Made by a program: the position numbers and the translations under genes. The notes beneath the pieces were generated by a model, which was not told the DNA's origin, made no database searches, and worked only from the letters and a program-made list of their open reading frames with translations. DNA of 63,957 nucleotides, filler included, from a bacterium (GTDB taxonomy: Bacteria > JALSQH01): assembly GCA_026985515.1 (NCBI GenBank). It is 6 parts of 6 records of this genome, joined end to end, with 100 filler letters (N's around TTAATTAATTAA, not from the genome) between each part and the next. Parts side by side here need not be neighbours in the genome. Positions count along the whole stretch, not along the records: positions 1 to 26,880 come from JALSQH010000223.1; positions 26,981 to 34,455 come from JALSQH010000226.1; 4 more parts are not named here. The stretch is one strand, 5' to 3'. This document shows positions 17,743-28,008 of the stretch, in pieces (positions within the stretch are counted from its first letter, which is position 1; every line of letters starts with the position of its first letter).

Positions 17743-20258
17743 TGGCCAGTAAGAAATTATCTCAGGTTGCCAGTGAACTTGGCGTGAAGCCCAGAGAATT
17801 ACTGGAGTTTGCTCGAAAACATAAATTTCAGGTTGCCACCATTCAGAGTTATATGGATGAGGTGGACATAAGGAAACTGAAAACATTGTTCAAGGAAGAA
17901 AGGGAAGGGAAAAAGGAATCAAAACCCACCCTGAAAAAGAGGGTAAGAAAGAGGGAGAGAAAAGAGGAGAAAGTCGAAAGGGTAGAAGAAGCAGTTGCTC
18001 CAGCTACTGTTGAAGAGAAGGTGGCTGAGAGACCTGAGGCAGTTTCACCTCCTGCTGCTGAAGATAAAGCATTTGAGCAGAAGGAAGTGTCTCCTTCAGT
18101 GGAAGAAAAGAAGGAGGAAGTCGAAGTAGAAACGAAAGTGGAGGAGGGAAAGGAGAAACCAGAGGTAGAAAAGGTTGAGGAACCGGGAAAGGGAGGAGTG
18201 GAGGAAAAGAAAGAGGAAGTTAAAGCTCTTGATGAGGAAAAGATAAAGGAGGAGCTGGAAAAGATAAAGAAAAAAGTGGCTGGAAAAATTGAAGAGGAGG
18301 AGGAAGAAGAGGAAGAGAAGTTTCATCCCCGCAGAAGAATTGTAATGAAGCGAAAGCGGAAAAAGAGGCCCAGGAGAGAGGAAGAGGAATTACTCAGAGA
18401 ACTTGAGGAAGAGGAGCCAGAATTAAAAATATCCGAGGAAGAGGAAAAACAGGAAAAGGTAAAAAAAGAGCCCAGAAGGCCTTCCACACTTCCTCCCAAA
18501 AAGAACATCAAGATTAAAATTGGCAATGAGATTGAGATTAATGAACTCGCCAAAAGTATGAGTGTCAAGATCAGAGATGTCATGAGAAAATTGAAAGAAC
18601 TCGGGATGGATGATCTTGAGGAAACAGACACAATAGATTTTGAAACTGCATCAATAATAGCCACAGAATTTGGCGTCGAGGTTCAGAAAGCTGGCTACAC
18701 TGAGGAAGAACTGCTTGATATACAGCCAGACAAACCTGAGGATCTGGTTCCGAGACCTCCTGTGGTCACAGTTATGGGGCATGTTGATCATGGGAAGACG
18801 ACTCTTCTAGATACTATCAGACAGACCCGTGTGGCTGAGAGGGAGGCAGGCGGGATTACTCAGCACATAGGTGCATCTGTGGTGGAGCTTAAAGGGAAGG
18901 GTACAATAGTCTTCATAGATACTCCCGGTCATGAAGCCTTTACACAGATGAGGGCGAGAGGTGCCCAGGTAACAGATATTGTTGTACTTGTGGTTGCCGC
19001 TGATGACGGTGTTATGCCTCAAACAGAGGAAGCGATAAGCCATGCGAGAGCTGCAGGTGTTCCAATAGTTGTGGCCATAAACAAAATTGATGTTCCAAAT
19101 GCCAATCCAGACAGGGTGAAGAAAGAGCTTGCTGAAAGGGGACTCATACCGGAGGAGTGGGGCGGAGATACATTGATGGTTGAGGTCTCAGCCAGGCAGA
19201 AGATTGGCATTGAAGATCTGCTTGAAATGATCATTTTGCAGGCAGAAATGCTGGAACTCAAAGCCAATCCGAAGAAAAGGGCAGAGGCAGTTGTTATTGA
19301 ATCGAGGCTTGACAAGCATAGAGGTCCTCTTGCCACTGTAATAGTGAAAAATGGGACTCTTCATGTGGGCGATTATGTTGTGGCTGGAATCAACTATGGT
19401 AAGGTCAGGGCTCTTATAAATGATGTGGGGAAGAATGTTAAAAGTGTGGGTCCCTCCTTTCCAGCTGAGGTTATGGGACTTGATGGTGTGGCTCCTGCAG
19501 GAGAGAAACTCTATGCGTTAAAAAATGAAGATGTTGCAAAGAAAATAGTGGAATTGAGGAAAAACAGGCTGAAGAAGGAAAGTGAAGCGGCACCGAAGAG
19601 TGTTTCTCTTGAAGATCTCTTCAGGCTTGCCCAGGAAGGTGATGTAAAGGAACTTAACATAGTTTTGAAAACAGATGTTCAGGGTACAGCAGAAGCGGTC
19701 AAACAGGCTCTGGAGAAGCTTTCCACAGATGAAGTAAAGGTCAGAGTTGTCCATACAGGAGTTGGAGGAATAACAGAAAGTGATGTTATGCTTGCTTCTG
19801 CATCAAAGGGAATAATCATCGGATTTAATGTGAGGCCTGACAATAAAGCGATGAAACTGGCAAAAACTGAAGGTGTGGAAATCTACACCAGTAGAGTGAT
19901 ATATGAACTTGTTGATCTGATTAAAAAATCCCTTGAAGGGATGCTTGCTCCTGAGGAGAAGGAGGTCTATCACGGCAGGGCTGAAGTGAGGCAAACCTTC
20001 AATATTCCAAAAGTGGGAACTGTTGCAGGGTGTTACGTTGTTGATGGTTTCATCCGTAGAAGTGATAATGTCAGGGTAATAAGGGAAGGGAAGATTATTT
20101 TTGAGAGCAGGATAGCTTCCCTGAAGAGATTTAAAGAAGATGTAACTGAGGTGAAAGAGGGTTACGAGTGCGGTGTGGGTATTGAGGGTTTCAACGACAT
20201 AAAAGTGGGAGATATTCTGGAAGCCTTTGAAATTGAAAAAGTTAAAAAAACTCTCTGA
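17742..20258 (+). CDS. infB: Translation initiation factor IF-2
   Basis: RPPVVTVMGHVDHGKTTLLD, DTPGHEAF, NKID. Confidence 0.98.
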   Translation: MASKKLSQVASELGVKPRELLEFARKHKFQVATIQSYMDEVDIRKLKTLFKEEREGKKESKPTLKKRVRKRERKEEKVERVEEAVAPATVEEKVAERPEAVSPPAAEDKAFEQKEVSPSVEEKKEEVEVETKVEEGKEKPEVEKVEEPGKGGVEEKKEEVKALDEEKIKEELEKIKKKVAGKIEEEEEEEEEKFHPRRRIVMKRKRKKRPRREEEELLRELEEEEPELKISEEEEKQEKVKKEPRRPSTLPPKKNIKIKIGNEIEINELAKSMSVKIRDVMRKLKELGMDDLEETDTIDFETASIIATEFGVEVQKAGYTEEELLDIQPDKPEDLVPRPPVVTVMGHVDHGKTTLLDTIRQTRVAEREAGGITQHIGASVVELKGKGTIVFIDTPGHEAFTQMRARGAQVTDIVVLVVAADDGVMPQTEEAISHARAAGVPIVVAINKIDVPNANPDRVKKELAERGLIPEEWGGDTLMVEVSARQKIGIEDLLEMIILQAEMLELKANPKKRAEAVVIESRLDKHRGPLATVIVKNGTLHVGDYVVAGINYGKVRALINDVGKNVKSVGPSFPAEVMGLDGVAPAGEKLYALKNEDVAKKIVELRKNRLKKESEAAPKSVSLEDLFRLAQEGDVKELNIVLKTDVQGTAEAVKQALEKLSTDEVKVRVVHTGVGGITESDVMLASASKGIIIGFNVRPDNKAMKLAKTEGVEIYTSRVIYELVDLIKKSLEGMLAPEEKEVYHGRAEVRQTFNIPKVGTVAGCYVVDGFIRRSDNVRVIREGKIIFESRIASLKRFKEDVTEVKEGYECGVGIEGFNDIKVGDILEAFEIEKVKKTL

Positions 20259-20267
20259 TATATTTCC

Positions 20268-20555
20268 ATGTACGTGGGAGTTTACAAATTGACCCTCTAT
20301 ATTTATGGGGTGGCGTCGCTCAAGGAGAAAAGAAGAGTATTGCAGAAAATAAAGGATCGTTTCAGGAACAAGTTTCACTTTCCCCTTGTTGAGGTTGAGG
20401 ATCAGGATTTGTGGCAGAAGGCTGTCCTCGGCGGTTCAACCGTTAGCGCAGATGACAGGTATCTTGAAGTCGTGTTTGAAAAAATGAAGGACTTCCTTGA
20501 AACTTTCCCGGAAGTTGAACTGATAGACAGCGAAAGAGAAATTTTTACCTATTGA
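20268..20555 (+). CDS. DUF503 (YlxP-like) protein
   Basis: SLKEKRRVL...EVEDQDLWQ; conserved position between infB and rbfA. Confidence 0.88.
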   Translation: MYVGVYKLTLYIYGVASLKEKRRVLQKIKDRFRNKFHFPLVEVEDQDLWQKAVLGGSTVSADDRYLEVVFEKMKDFLETFPEVELIDSEREIFTY

Positions 20556-20561
20556 GGAAAG

Positions 20562-20915
20562 ATGAAGGGGTACAGAAGAGAAGACAGAGTTGCTGAATTG
20601 CTGCTGGAAGAAATATCTGCAATTGTAATGAGAGAGCTTAAAGATCCCCGGGTGTCTGGTGTGACCATCACTGGAGTTAAAGTTTCTCCTGACCTTGGAT
20701 ACGCTAAAGTTTTTTACATTTCCACATTTGGAAATAATGATGAGGCGGGGGAAGGATTGAGACATTCTGCTGGATTTATAAGGTATGAGTTAAAAAAGAG
20801 ATTGAGTCTGAGACACATACCGCAGCTTAACTTTATTTACGACGATAGTTTTGACTATGGGGAGAGAATTGACAGGCTTATTGAGGAAATAGAAGAGGGG
20901 GAAGGGGATGAGTGA
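20562..20915 (+). CDS. rbfA: Ribosome-binding factor A
   Basis: KDPRV...VSPDL..AKVF, LRHIPQLNFIYDDS. Confidence 0.95.
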   Translation: MKGYRREDRVAELLLEEISAIVMRELKDPRVSGVTITGVKVSPDLGYAKVFYISTFGNNDEAGEGLRHSAGFIRYELKKRLSLRHIPQLNFIYDDSFDYGERIDRLIEEIEEGEGDE

Positions 20916-21882
20916 GTTGCCGTACGCCGAAGCTATTGAGCTCCTTTCCATGTCAGATTCATTCTTCATAGCTACCCACAGTAATCCTGATGGAGATACG
21001 ATCGGTTCAGCACTGGCACTCTGGAATTACCTTTCAAATGCGGGTAAAAAGGACCTCTTCCTGTATAATGAGGGCAAGATTCCCTATTACCTTGAATTTC
21101 TGAAGGGACACGAAAATTTCAGCACCGGTGTGCCTGATAGAGAATTTGATGTTGCTGTGTTAATAGATGTAGGTGATCTTGAGAGGGTAAATGAGGATCT
21201 TGGAAAGAAATTAAAATTCAGGCATTCCCTTGTAATTGATCATCACCTTACAGTTACTGGATTTGGCGATATTAAGTTGATAGATTCAGATGCAGCAGCA
21301 ACTGGAGTGATTCTCTACAGATTGATGAAAAAGTGGAAAGAGGAATGGATCAGTGTTGATGCCGCAGAGGCAATTTACACAGCTATATTCACAGATACAG
21401 GATCTTTCAGATTTTCCAATACAGATTCAGAATCTCTGCACATCGCCGCTGAGCTTGTGAGGAAAGGGGTTGACCCTTCCCGGGTTGCTTCGAATGTTTA
21501 TGAAAATTATCCTTTTTCCAAACTGCATCTTTTATCAGCGGTGCTCTCCACCCTCACCCGTGATATAAAGGGCAGGTGGGCATACATTGTTGTAACCAGA
21601 GATATGTTTGCAAGAACAGGGGCCACACCAGATATGCTTGAGGAAGTGATAAATTATGTCAGGGGTATAAGGGGGGTTGAAGTGGCCATTCAGTTCAGAG
21701 AGATTGAGGAGAATGTTTACAAAGTTGGATTCAGATCAAAAAGAGTTGATGTGGAAAGAATAGCAAGAAAATTTGGTGGTGGTGGTCACAAAAATGCTTC
21801 CGGTTGCAAGATTACAGGTCCCTATGAAAAAATTGTTTCTGATGTGGTGAGGGAAGTGGAAAGGAGTCTTCAGAATGGGTGA
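20908..21882 (+). CDS. nrnA: DHH/DHHA1 nanoRNase / pAp phosphatase
   Basis: HSNPDGDTIGS, IDHH, TDTGSF, GGGGHKNASG. Confidence 0.92.
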   Translation: MSELPYAEAIELLSMSDSFFIATHSNPDGDTIGSALALWNYLSNAGKKDLFLYNEGKIPYYLEFLKGHENFSTGVPDREFDVAVLIDVGDLERVNEDLGKKLKFRHSLVIDHHLTVTGFGDIKLIDSDAAATGVILYRLMKKWKEEWISVDAAEAIYTAIFTDTGSFRFSNTDSESLHIAAELVRKGVDPSRVASNVYENYPFSKLHLLSAVLSTLTRDIKGRWAYIVVTRDMFARTGATPDMLEEVINYVRGIRGVEVAIQFREIEENVYKVGFRSKRVDVERIARKFGGGGHKNASGCKITGPYEKIVSDVVREVERSLQNG

Positions 21883-22780
21883 AATAGAAGGTGTGATAAA
21901 TATCAATAAGCCACCAGGGATTTCCAGCAGGGAGACGGGAGAGAAGGTTAAAGAGATTCTGAAGGTTAAGAAAGTGGGACATGCAGGTACCCTTGATCCA
22001 ATGGCGAGGGGGGTTTTGCTGATTCTTGTTGGAAACGCGAGCAAGTTAAGCCAGTTCCTGACGGCACTTGATAAGGTTTATCTCTTCAGGATGAAACTGG
22101 GGGAAAGGAGACTTACGGGGGATGCTACAGGTGAAGTGATTGAGAGAAAACCGGTTCCAGAACTTTCAAGGGAGAGGATCGAGGAAGTTCTGCAAAAATT
22201 CAGGGGAGAAATCCTTCAGAGTCCTCACCCGTTTTCTGCGGTTAAGTACAGGGGAAGGCCCCTTTACAAGTATGCGAGGGAGGGAAATTTGATCAAACTT
22301 GAACCAAGAAAGGTGTACATCAGGGAAATTGAGCTTGTTGATTTTACTGAGGATGAAATTGCAGTAAAAGTTACAACTTCAAGTGGCGTATATATCAGAA
22401 CCCTAGCAGAAGAAATTGGCAGAGAGCTTGGTAGTGTTGCATACTTGAGTTATTTAAACAGGCTCAGGGTTGGAAGATTTCAGCTGGAAGATTCGGTAAC
22501 CCTTGAAGCTCTGGAGGAAAGTGTAAAAAGGGGAGATGTGTTTAAACATATCATACCTATGGTTGAAGTAATTGATATGAGGAAAATAAAGGTTAACAGA
22601 CAGGTGGCCTCTCTTGTATTAAGGGGAGTTCCAATTAGTCAGATTCTTGGTGCCAGGTTTGAGATAATTGAGCCGGGAGAGAAATTTGCAATAATAAGTG
22701 AAAATGGAAAGAAATTGTATGCCATTGCTGAAAAGGGGAGGAACGGAACATTCAGATATGTAAGGGTCTTCACAGGGTAG
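21875..22780 (+). CDS. truB: tRNA pseudouridine(55) synthase
   Basis: KVGHAGTLDPMARG, SAVK, G.YIRTL. Confidence 0.95.
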   Translation: MGEIEGVININKPPGISSRETGEKVKEILKVKKVGHAGTLDPMARGVLLILVGNASKLSQFLTALDKVYLFRMKLGERRLTGDATGEVIERKPVPELSRERIEEVLQKFRGEILQSPHPFSAVKYRGRPLYKYAREGNLIKLEPRKVYIREIELVDFTEDEIAVKVTTSSGVYIRTLAEEIGRELGSVAYLSYLNRLRVGRFQLEDSVTLEALEESVKRGDVFKHIIPMVEVIDMRKIKVNRQVASLVLRGVPISQILGARFEIIEPGEKFAIISENGKKLYAIAEKGRNGTFRYVRVFTG

Positions 22781-22809
22781 TTGAAATAAAAATGGATTTG
22801 TCATAATAT
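22781..22809 (+). promoter_or_regulatory. Putative rpsO-pnp promoter
   Basis: TTGAAA-N17-TAATAT in the truB-rpsO gap. Confidence 0.45.
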
Positions 22810-22841
22810 AATATACCAAAAAAACAAGGGGGAAAATTCAG

Positions 22842-23111
22842 ATGGCTCTTACGAAGGAAGAAAAAAAGATGATTATTAACAACTTCAGAATTCATGAAAA
22901 TGATACAGGTTCTGTGGAGGTACAGATAGCCCTTCTCACAGAAAGGATAAACTACATTACGGAGCATCTTAAAGTTCACAAAAAGGATAAGCATTCCAGA
23001 CTGGGGCTTATAAAACTTGTTTCAAAGCGCAAGAAATTGTTAAAGTATCTCATGAGAGAAAATCCACAGAAGTACTTTGAAATTACCAGGAAACTTGGCA
23101 TAAGAAGATAG
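22842..23111 (+). CDS. rpsO: 30S ribosomal protein S15
   Basis: [16 protein letters not shown]...[11 protein letters not shown]. Confidence 0.98.
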   Translation: MALTKEEKKMIINNFRIHENDTGSVEVQIALLTERINYITEHLKVHKKDKHSRLGLIKLVSKRKKLLKYLMRENPQKYFEITRKLGIRR

Positions 23112-23121
23112 AGGAGAGAAA

Positions 23122-25221
23122 ATGGATCCAGTAGTAGTTTCCACTGAAGTAGGCGGAAGAGTATTATCAATTGAAACGGGAAGAGTTGCAAAGCAGGCAA
23201 ATGGTTCTGTACTTGTGAGGTATGGTGATACGGTGGTCCTCGTGACCGCTGTAATGTCCAGGAAGGAGATGGAAGATATTGATTTTCTTCCTCTCACTGT
23301 CAATTATCAAGAACAGTTTTATGCCGTGGGAAAAATACCTGGCGGATTCATAAAGAGAGAGGGGAAACCCTCAGATCATGAAGTTCTTGTATCAAGGGTA
23401 ATTGATAGATCGATAAGACCTCTTTTCCCCGAAGGTTACAAGTATGATACCCAGGTAATAGCAATGGTTTTATCCTTTGACAAGGATAATGATCCGACAC
23501 CTCTTGCGATAATTGGTGCATCTGCGGCTCTTTACATTTCTGATATACCTTATGAAGTACCCATTGCCGCAGCTATTGTGGGAAGAGTGGATGGCCAATA
23601 TGTCATAAATCCGACACAGGAACAGGAAGAGAAAAGCGACCTCAATATTACAGTCTCTTCTTCCAGTGACAGCATTGTTATGGTAGAGGGTGGAGCAAAA
23701 TTTGTTCCAGAAAAGGATATTCTGGGTGCCCTTGATTTTGGATTTAAAGAGGTTCAGAAGATAATAGAGATTCAGAAGGAACTGAGGGAGAAGGCTGGAA
23801 AAGAAAAAATAAAAATTGAAGTGAAGAAACTGGATGAAGAAACGACAAGACTTATTGAGGAGAAATACGCAGGCAGATTAAATGAAGCAATAAGAATAAA
23901 GGAGAAGCTCAAGAGATACAGGGCCATTGATGAAATACTGGAAGATGTTATTTCAGAATTTGGTAACGATGATCCTGAGAGAATTCTTCTTATCAAGAAC
24001 GCCTTTGATGAGTTAAAGAAGAAGCTTGTCAGGAATCTGATCAAAAGTGGTGTTAGAATTGATGGAAGAAAGTATGACGAAATAAGACCTATTTCCATTG
24101 AAGTGGGAGTTTTGCCCAGAGCTCACGGCTCTGCTCTCTTTACCAGAGGTGAAACTCAGGCTCTCGTTGCAACAACTCTCGGCACACACGAAGATGAACA
24201 GATGGTTGACACAATTGAGGGAGAAAGTTTTAAGAAATTTATGCTTCACTATAATTTCCCACCCTTCAGTGTTGGAGAGGTGAGGCCACTGCGAGCTCCC
24301 GGAAGAAGAGAGATCGGTCACGGTGCTCTTGCTGAGAGAGCCATTCAGCCAGCCATGCCTTCTGAGGAAGAGTTTCCTTATACCATAAGAGTTGTATCAG
24401 ATATTATGGAATCCAATGGTTCTTCCTCAATGGCAACTGTGTGCGGTGCTTCTCTTTCGCTTATGGATGCAGGAGTACCCATAAAAACGGATGTGGCTGG
24501 AATCGCAATGGGACTTTTGAAGGAAGGTGACCAGTTTATAATTTTGAGTGACATTCTTGGGGATGAGGATCACCTTGGAGATATGGATTTTAAAGTGGCT
24601 GGAAATGACAGAGGGATATCCGCCATCCAGATGGATATAAAAATCAAAGGTATTGGAATGGATATCCTTGAAAAGGCCCTTGAACAGGCGAGAAAGGGAA
24701 GGCTCTATATTCTTTCAAAGATGAGAGAGGTGATAAGCAAACCAAGAGATGAAATAAGCAAGTTTGCTCCGAGATACTACACCATGAATATCAATCCTGA
24801 ACGAATAAGGGATTTAATTGGACCCGGTGGGAAAACGATAAAACGAATAATTGGGGATACAGGAGTCACCATTGATATTCAGGAGGATGGAAGGGTTGTG
24901 ATATATGCACCTTCACTGACAAGCCTGAATGAGGCCATTGAGAAAATAAAGGAAGTTACCAGAGAGATAGAGGTTGGGAAAATTTATCAGGGCGTTGTTA
25001 AGAGAATTGCTCCCTATGGTGCCTTTGTAGAAATATTACCTGGTGTGGAAGGGTTGCTTCACATTTCACAACTGGAAAACAGAAAAGTTAACAGAGTTGA
25101 GGATGTGGTGAATGTGGGAGATGTGGTGCCGGTAAAGGTGATAGAACTTGATGAACTTGGAAGACCAAGATTAAGCAGAAAAGAAGCACTCAAAGAGATT
25201 CAGAACTCTTCTGATAAGTGA
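23122..25221 (+). CDS. pnp: Polyribonucleotide nucleotidyltransferase
   Basis: [34 protein letters not shown] and S1 domains. Confidence 0.98.
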   Translation: MDPVVVSTEVGGRVLSIETGRVAKQANGSVLVRYGDTVVLVTAVMSRKEMEDIDFLPLTVNYQEQFYAVGKIPGGFIKREGKPSDHEVLVSRVIDRSIRPLFPEGYKYDTQVIAMVLSFDKDNDPTPLAIIGASAALYISDIPYEVPIAAAIVGRVDGQYVINPTQEQEEKSDLNITVSSSSDSIVMVEGGAKFVPEKDILGALDFGFKEVQKIIEIQKELREKAGKEKIKIEVKKLDEETTRLIEEKYAGRLNEAIRIKEKLKRYRAIDEILEDVISEFGNDDPERILLIKNAFDELKKKLVRNLIKSGVRIDGRKYDEIRPISIEVGVLPRAHGSALFTRGETQALVATTLGTHEDEQMVDTIEGESFKKFMLHYNFPPFSVGEVRPLRAPGRREIGHGALAERAIQPAMPSEEEFPYTIRVVSDIMESNGSSSMATVCGASLSLMDAGVPIKTDVAGIAMGLLKEGDQFIILSDILGDEDHLGDMDFKVAGNDRGISAIQMDIKIKGIGMDILEKALEQARKGRLYILSKMREVISKPRDEISKFAPRYYTMNINPERIRDLIGPGGKTIKRIIGDTGVTIDIQEDGRVVIYAPSLTSLNEAIEKIKEVTREIEVGKIYQGVVKRIAPYGAFVEILPGVEGLLHISQLENRKVNRVEDVVNVGDVVPVKVIELDELGRPRLSRKEALKEIQNSSDK

Positions 25222-25679
25222 AGTTGGAAACTGTACCTGTAAAGATCAAAATCCTTGATGACAGGGTGAGGAAGCTCAATCTTCTCCCCCGCTACATGAC
25301 AAAATTTTCAAGTGGAATGGATCTTCATGCTCTGCCGGAGGAGGAAGTTACCGTTAAGCCTGGAAAAATAGCTCTTATTCCAACAGGTATTGCTGTGGCA
25401 ATACCTCCCGGGTATGAGATTCAACTCAGACCACGCAGTGGACTGGCTTTTCGTTATGGGGTTACACTTCCCAATACTCCAGGAACAATTGATTCTGATT
25501 ACAGGGGTGAAATAAAGGTCATAATTATAAATCTGGGAGAGAAAGACTTTGTTATTCGCCCTGGAGATAGAATCGCGCAGATGGTCCTCGTGCCCGTGTG
25601 CAGGATAGAATGGGAAGAGGTTGAAGAACTACCTTCCACAGAAAGGGGAGACGGGGGTTTTGGTCACACAGGTTTTTAG
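25218..25679 (+). CDS. dut: dUTP diphosphatase
   Basis: [31 protein letters not shown]. Confidence 0.96.
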   Translation: MKLETVPVKIKILDDRVRKLNLLPRYMTKFSSGMDLHALPEEEVTVKPGKIALIPTGIAVAIPPGYEIQLRPRSGLAFRYGVTLPNTPGTIDSDYRGEIKVIIINLGEKDFVIRPGDRIAQMVLVPVCRIEWEEVEELPSTERGDGGFGHTGF

Positions 25680-26407
25680 AATTTTCTCAATTTTATCTTA
25701 ATTTTCTCAAGAATGTTACTTTCCAGAATTCCGGGTAGCTTAACCAGGTCTTCTTCCTTTATTTCGAGAGTGAGATTTCCATCACGTGATAATCTCAATC
25801 GTGAAGGATTTCCAGTTGCATGGAAGATTTTTGATTCAATTCTGTCAATAAGTTTTATCTTTTCTACATCAGGTTCAGAGAATAAGGGAAAGCGTGTGGC
25901 AAGGCAGGTATTGTTCTCCATAAAAGGAAAGGCGGATTTTTTGAGGAATTTGATTATATGAGTTCTATCAACACAGTATTTTTTAAGCGGAGAAAATATC
26001 TCCATTTCGGTAAGTGCCATTTCTCCCGGTCTCTCTCCTTCTTCGTAGCAACTGCTTCCCTCAATGATGGTGTGATTTGGAAAATTTTCCCTTGCAAGAG
26101 ATAACATTTTCCTTTTGCAGAAGTAACATCGGGAAGGCAGGTTTTTTTTCATAGCGTAGATTTCTTTAAAGTCAAAGGAGAGTATCACTGCTTCTGCACC
26201 TGACTTTTGTAAGGATTGCTTAATGAAATCAATTTGATACGATGGTATAAGACCGTTGTCTATTGTAACTATCTGAAAGTCAATGGTGTTTTCCAGAAGA
26301 ATTTTAAGAAGAAAACTGCTTTCCACCCCACCGCTGTACATGAGTACAACAGGTTGTTTTTCTTCTAATTCCCGGCTTATTGCATCTACAGTTTTTTTCA
26401 GATCCAT
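25676..26407 (-). CDS. Divergent LarE-like (PP-loop sulfur transferase) protein
   Basis: YSGGVES PP-loop, RCYFCK, ERPG..AL.E..IFSPL, CLATRFP. Confidence 0.7.
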   Translation of the reverse strand: MDLKKTVDAISRELEEKQPVVLMYSGGVESSFLLKILLENTIDFQIVTIDNGLIPSYQIDFIKQSLQKSGAEAVILSFDFKEIYAMKKNLPSRCYFCKRKMLSLARENFPNHTIIEGSSCYEEGERPGEMALTEMEIFSPLKKYCVDRTHIIKFLKKSAFPFMENNTCLATRFPLFSEPDVEKIKLIDRIESKIFHATGNPSRLRLSRDGNLTLEIKEEDLVKLPGILESNILEKIKIKLRKF

Positions 26408-26880
26408 CCTTCAAGGAAATGGTTGATGGACTCAAGAATAATCTGATCTTCAACTGGAATGGTGATATCTTCTATAACTTTACCAATTTCCCTGAGAAGA
26501 ACATACTCAGGTTTTCCGCCTCTGACTTTTTTATCATATCTGACTGCTCTGATAATCTTTTCTGGATAAATCAAAGGAGTCCTGCGAATGTGAGAGAGGA
26601 CAAGATTTTTTATCGTTTTTCCAATTTCCTCTACTGTCTCTCTATCAATAAGGCCCAGTTTCCAGGATATTATTGATTCAATAATCATTCCAGTTGCCAC
26701 GGCCGTTCCATGTTTTACCATAAAGTCATTTGTAACTTCAATTGCATGACCTATTGTGTGTCCAAAGTTAAGAATTTTCCTCAGTCCCGATTCTCTCTCG
26801 TCTTTCACAACTATTTCTACCTTGTTGAGACAGCTTCTGTAAATCATGAATTCCAGGGCGTCAGGGTTTCTTCTTCAATT
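26398..26880 (-). CDS. aroB: 3-dehydroquinate synthase, C-terminal part (truncated by contig end)
   Basis: DERESGLRKILNFGHTIGHAIE...HGTAVA.GM...DKK. Confidence 0.92.
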
Positions 26881-26980
26881 NNNNNNNNNNNNNNNNNNNN
26901 NNNNNNNNNNNNNNNNNNNNNNNNTTAATTAATTAANNNNNNNNNNNNNNNNNNNNNNNNNNNNNNNNNNNNNNNNNNNN
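26881..26980. other. Artificial contig spacer
   Basis: N44-TTAATTAATTAA-N44 (stops in all six frames). Confidence 0.99.
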
Positions 26981-26982
26981 AA

Positions 26983-27138
26983 GGTGTCTTTCTTGCACTT
27001 ACCCTTTCCTCAATTTTAGATCTGATTTCCGGGGATTTCATTTATCAATCATTCTGGATAATGGTCGGACTTGGCATATACACAGAACATTTACTCAATA
27101 AGAGAAATTTTGAAGCGTTCTACCAGACTAAGCATTAA
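26983..27138 (+). CDS. C-terminal fragment of a membrane protein, possibly O-antigen ligase/polymerase (not in the ORF track)
   Basis: Open from the contig edge: GVFLALTLSSILDLISGDFIYQSFWIMVGLGIYTEHLLNKRNFEAFYQTKH*; hydrophobic, converges on the glycan cluster. Confidence 0.45.
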   Translation, partial: GVFLALTLSSILDLISGDFIYQSFWIMVGLGIYTEHLLNKRNFEAFYQTKH

Positions 27139-28008
27139 CACATACACCTCAAGAAAAAATTGCCATATACTTATTTGCCATCTCTTCCATGAGCAGTAAT
27201 TGGCAAAAATATATTTTTTACTTTCCATAAAATTTCTGTAACCTTTTTGAATAGAGTGAGATTTCTTATGAAGATGTTTTACTTTAATCTTCGAATAGAA
27301 AATTATTTTAAATCCGGAGCGCTGTGTAACAAACTGAATAACTGATTCTTCCCCGCTCAAAAAAAGATTCTCATCAAACAAACCTATTGCACGAAAATTT
27401 TTCAGGTCTATAAGCATACAACAACCGTGGGGTTTCTCTATTTGTGAAAACTCTCTATGAGAAACTTCCGGGGATTTTGATAAAAACTTACCGAAAAAAA
27501 TTTTTAGTATATTGGTGATAAATCTGCATGTTTCAGGTGGAAGTAAAGGCTGTTCTGAAAAATCATTGTCAACAATCAAAGGAACAAGAATTAAAATTTT
27601 TTCATTTTCTTGAAGAAAAGAAATACCCTCCTCCACATTATCTGTAACAATTCTCGTATCAGGATTCAAAATAAATCCATATATTATCCCCTGACTCAAT
27701 GCATAATCAATGCCAAGGTTATTACCCGCAGAATAGCCACGATTTTCATCATTTGCAATTATCACGATTTTCGAATCGGTCTTTCTTCCTTCCTGAGCAT
27801 CTTTTCTGTAAATTACCTGAACTTCATTTTCATCGTTAAGAGAAGCCTCGATCTTCTCAACAGACCCATCATTTGAATTATTATCAACTATAATTATCTT
27901 CTTGGGTTCGTAAGAAAGAGCAAGGACACTCCTGACACATTCCACCGTCTCTTCAGGGGTTCTATAATTCAAGATGATGAAAGCAACTGGTTCACTATTT
28001 TTCTTCAT
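27091..28008 (-). CDS. Glycosyltransferase family 2 (rhamnosyltransferase-like)
   Basis: IILNY, IVDNNS.DGS, NRGYSAGNN.G, LNPDT, GCCML, FDENLFL. Confidence 0.88.
   Translation of the reverse strand: MKKNSEPVAFIILNYRTPEETVECVRSVLALSYEPKKIIIVDNNSNDGSVEKIEASLNDENEVQVIYRKDAQEGRKTDSKIVIIANDENRGYSAGNNLGIDYALSQGIIYGFILNPDTRIVTDNVEEGISFLQENEKILILVPLIVDNDFSEQPLLPPETCRFITNILKIFFGKFLSKSPEVSHREFSQIEKPHGCCMLIDLKNFRAIGLFDENLFLSGEESVIQFVTQRSGFKIIFYSKIKVKHLHKKSHSIQKGYRNFMESKKYIFANYCSWKRWQISIWQFFLEVYVLMLSLVERFKISLIE

Noticed and set aside
17890-18480. Purine-rich GAA/GAG low-complexity tract
   Set aside because: Encodes the normal E/K-rich IF2 N-terminal region; not a DNA repeat element.
19803-20378. 191-aa minus-strand ORF
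   Set aside because: Antisense shadow of infB.
26925-26936. TTAATTAATTAA palindrome repeated five times in the window
   Set aside because: Always flanked by 44 Ns on each side; an artificial six-frame-stop linker, not a repeat or CRISPR.
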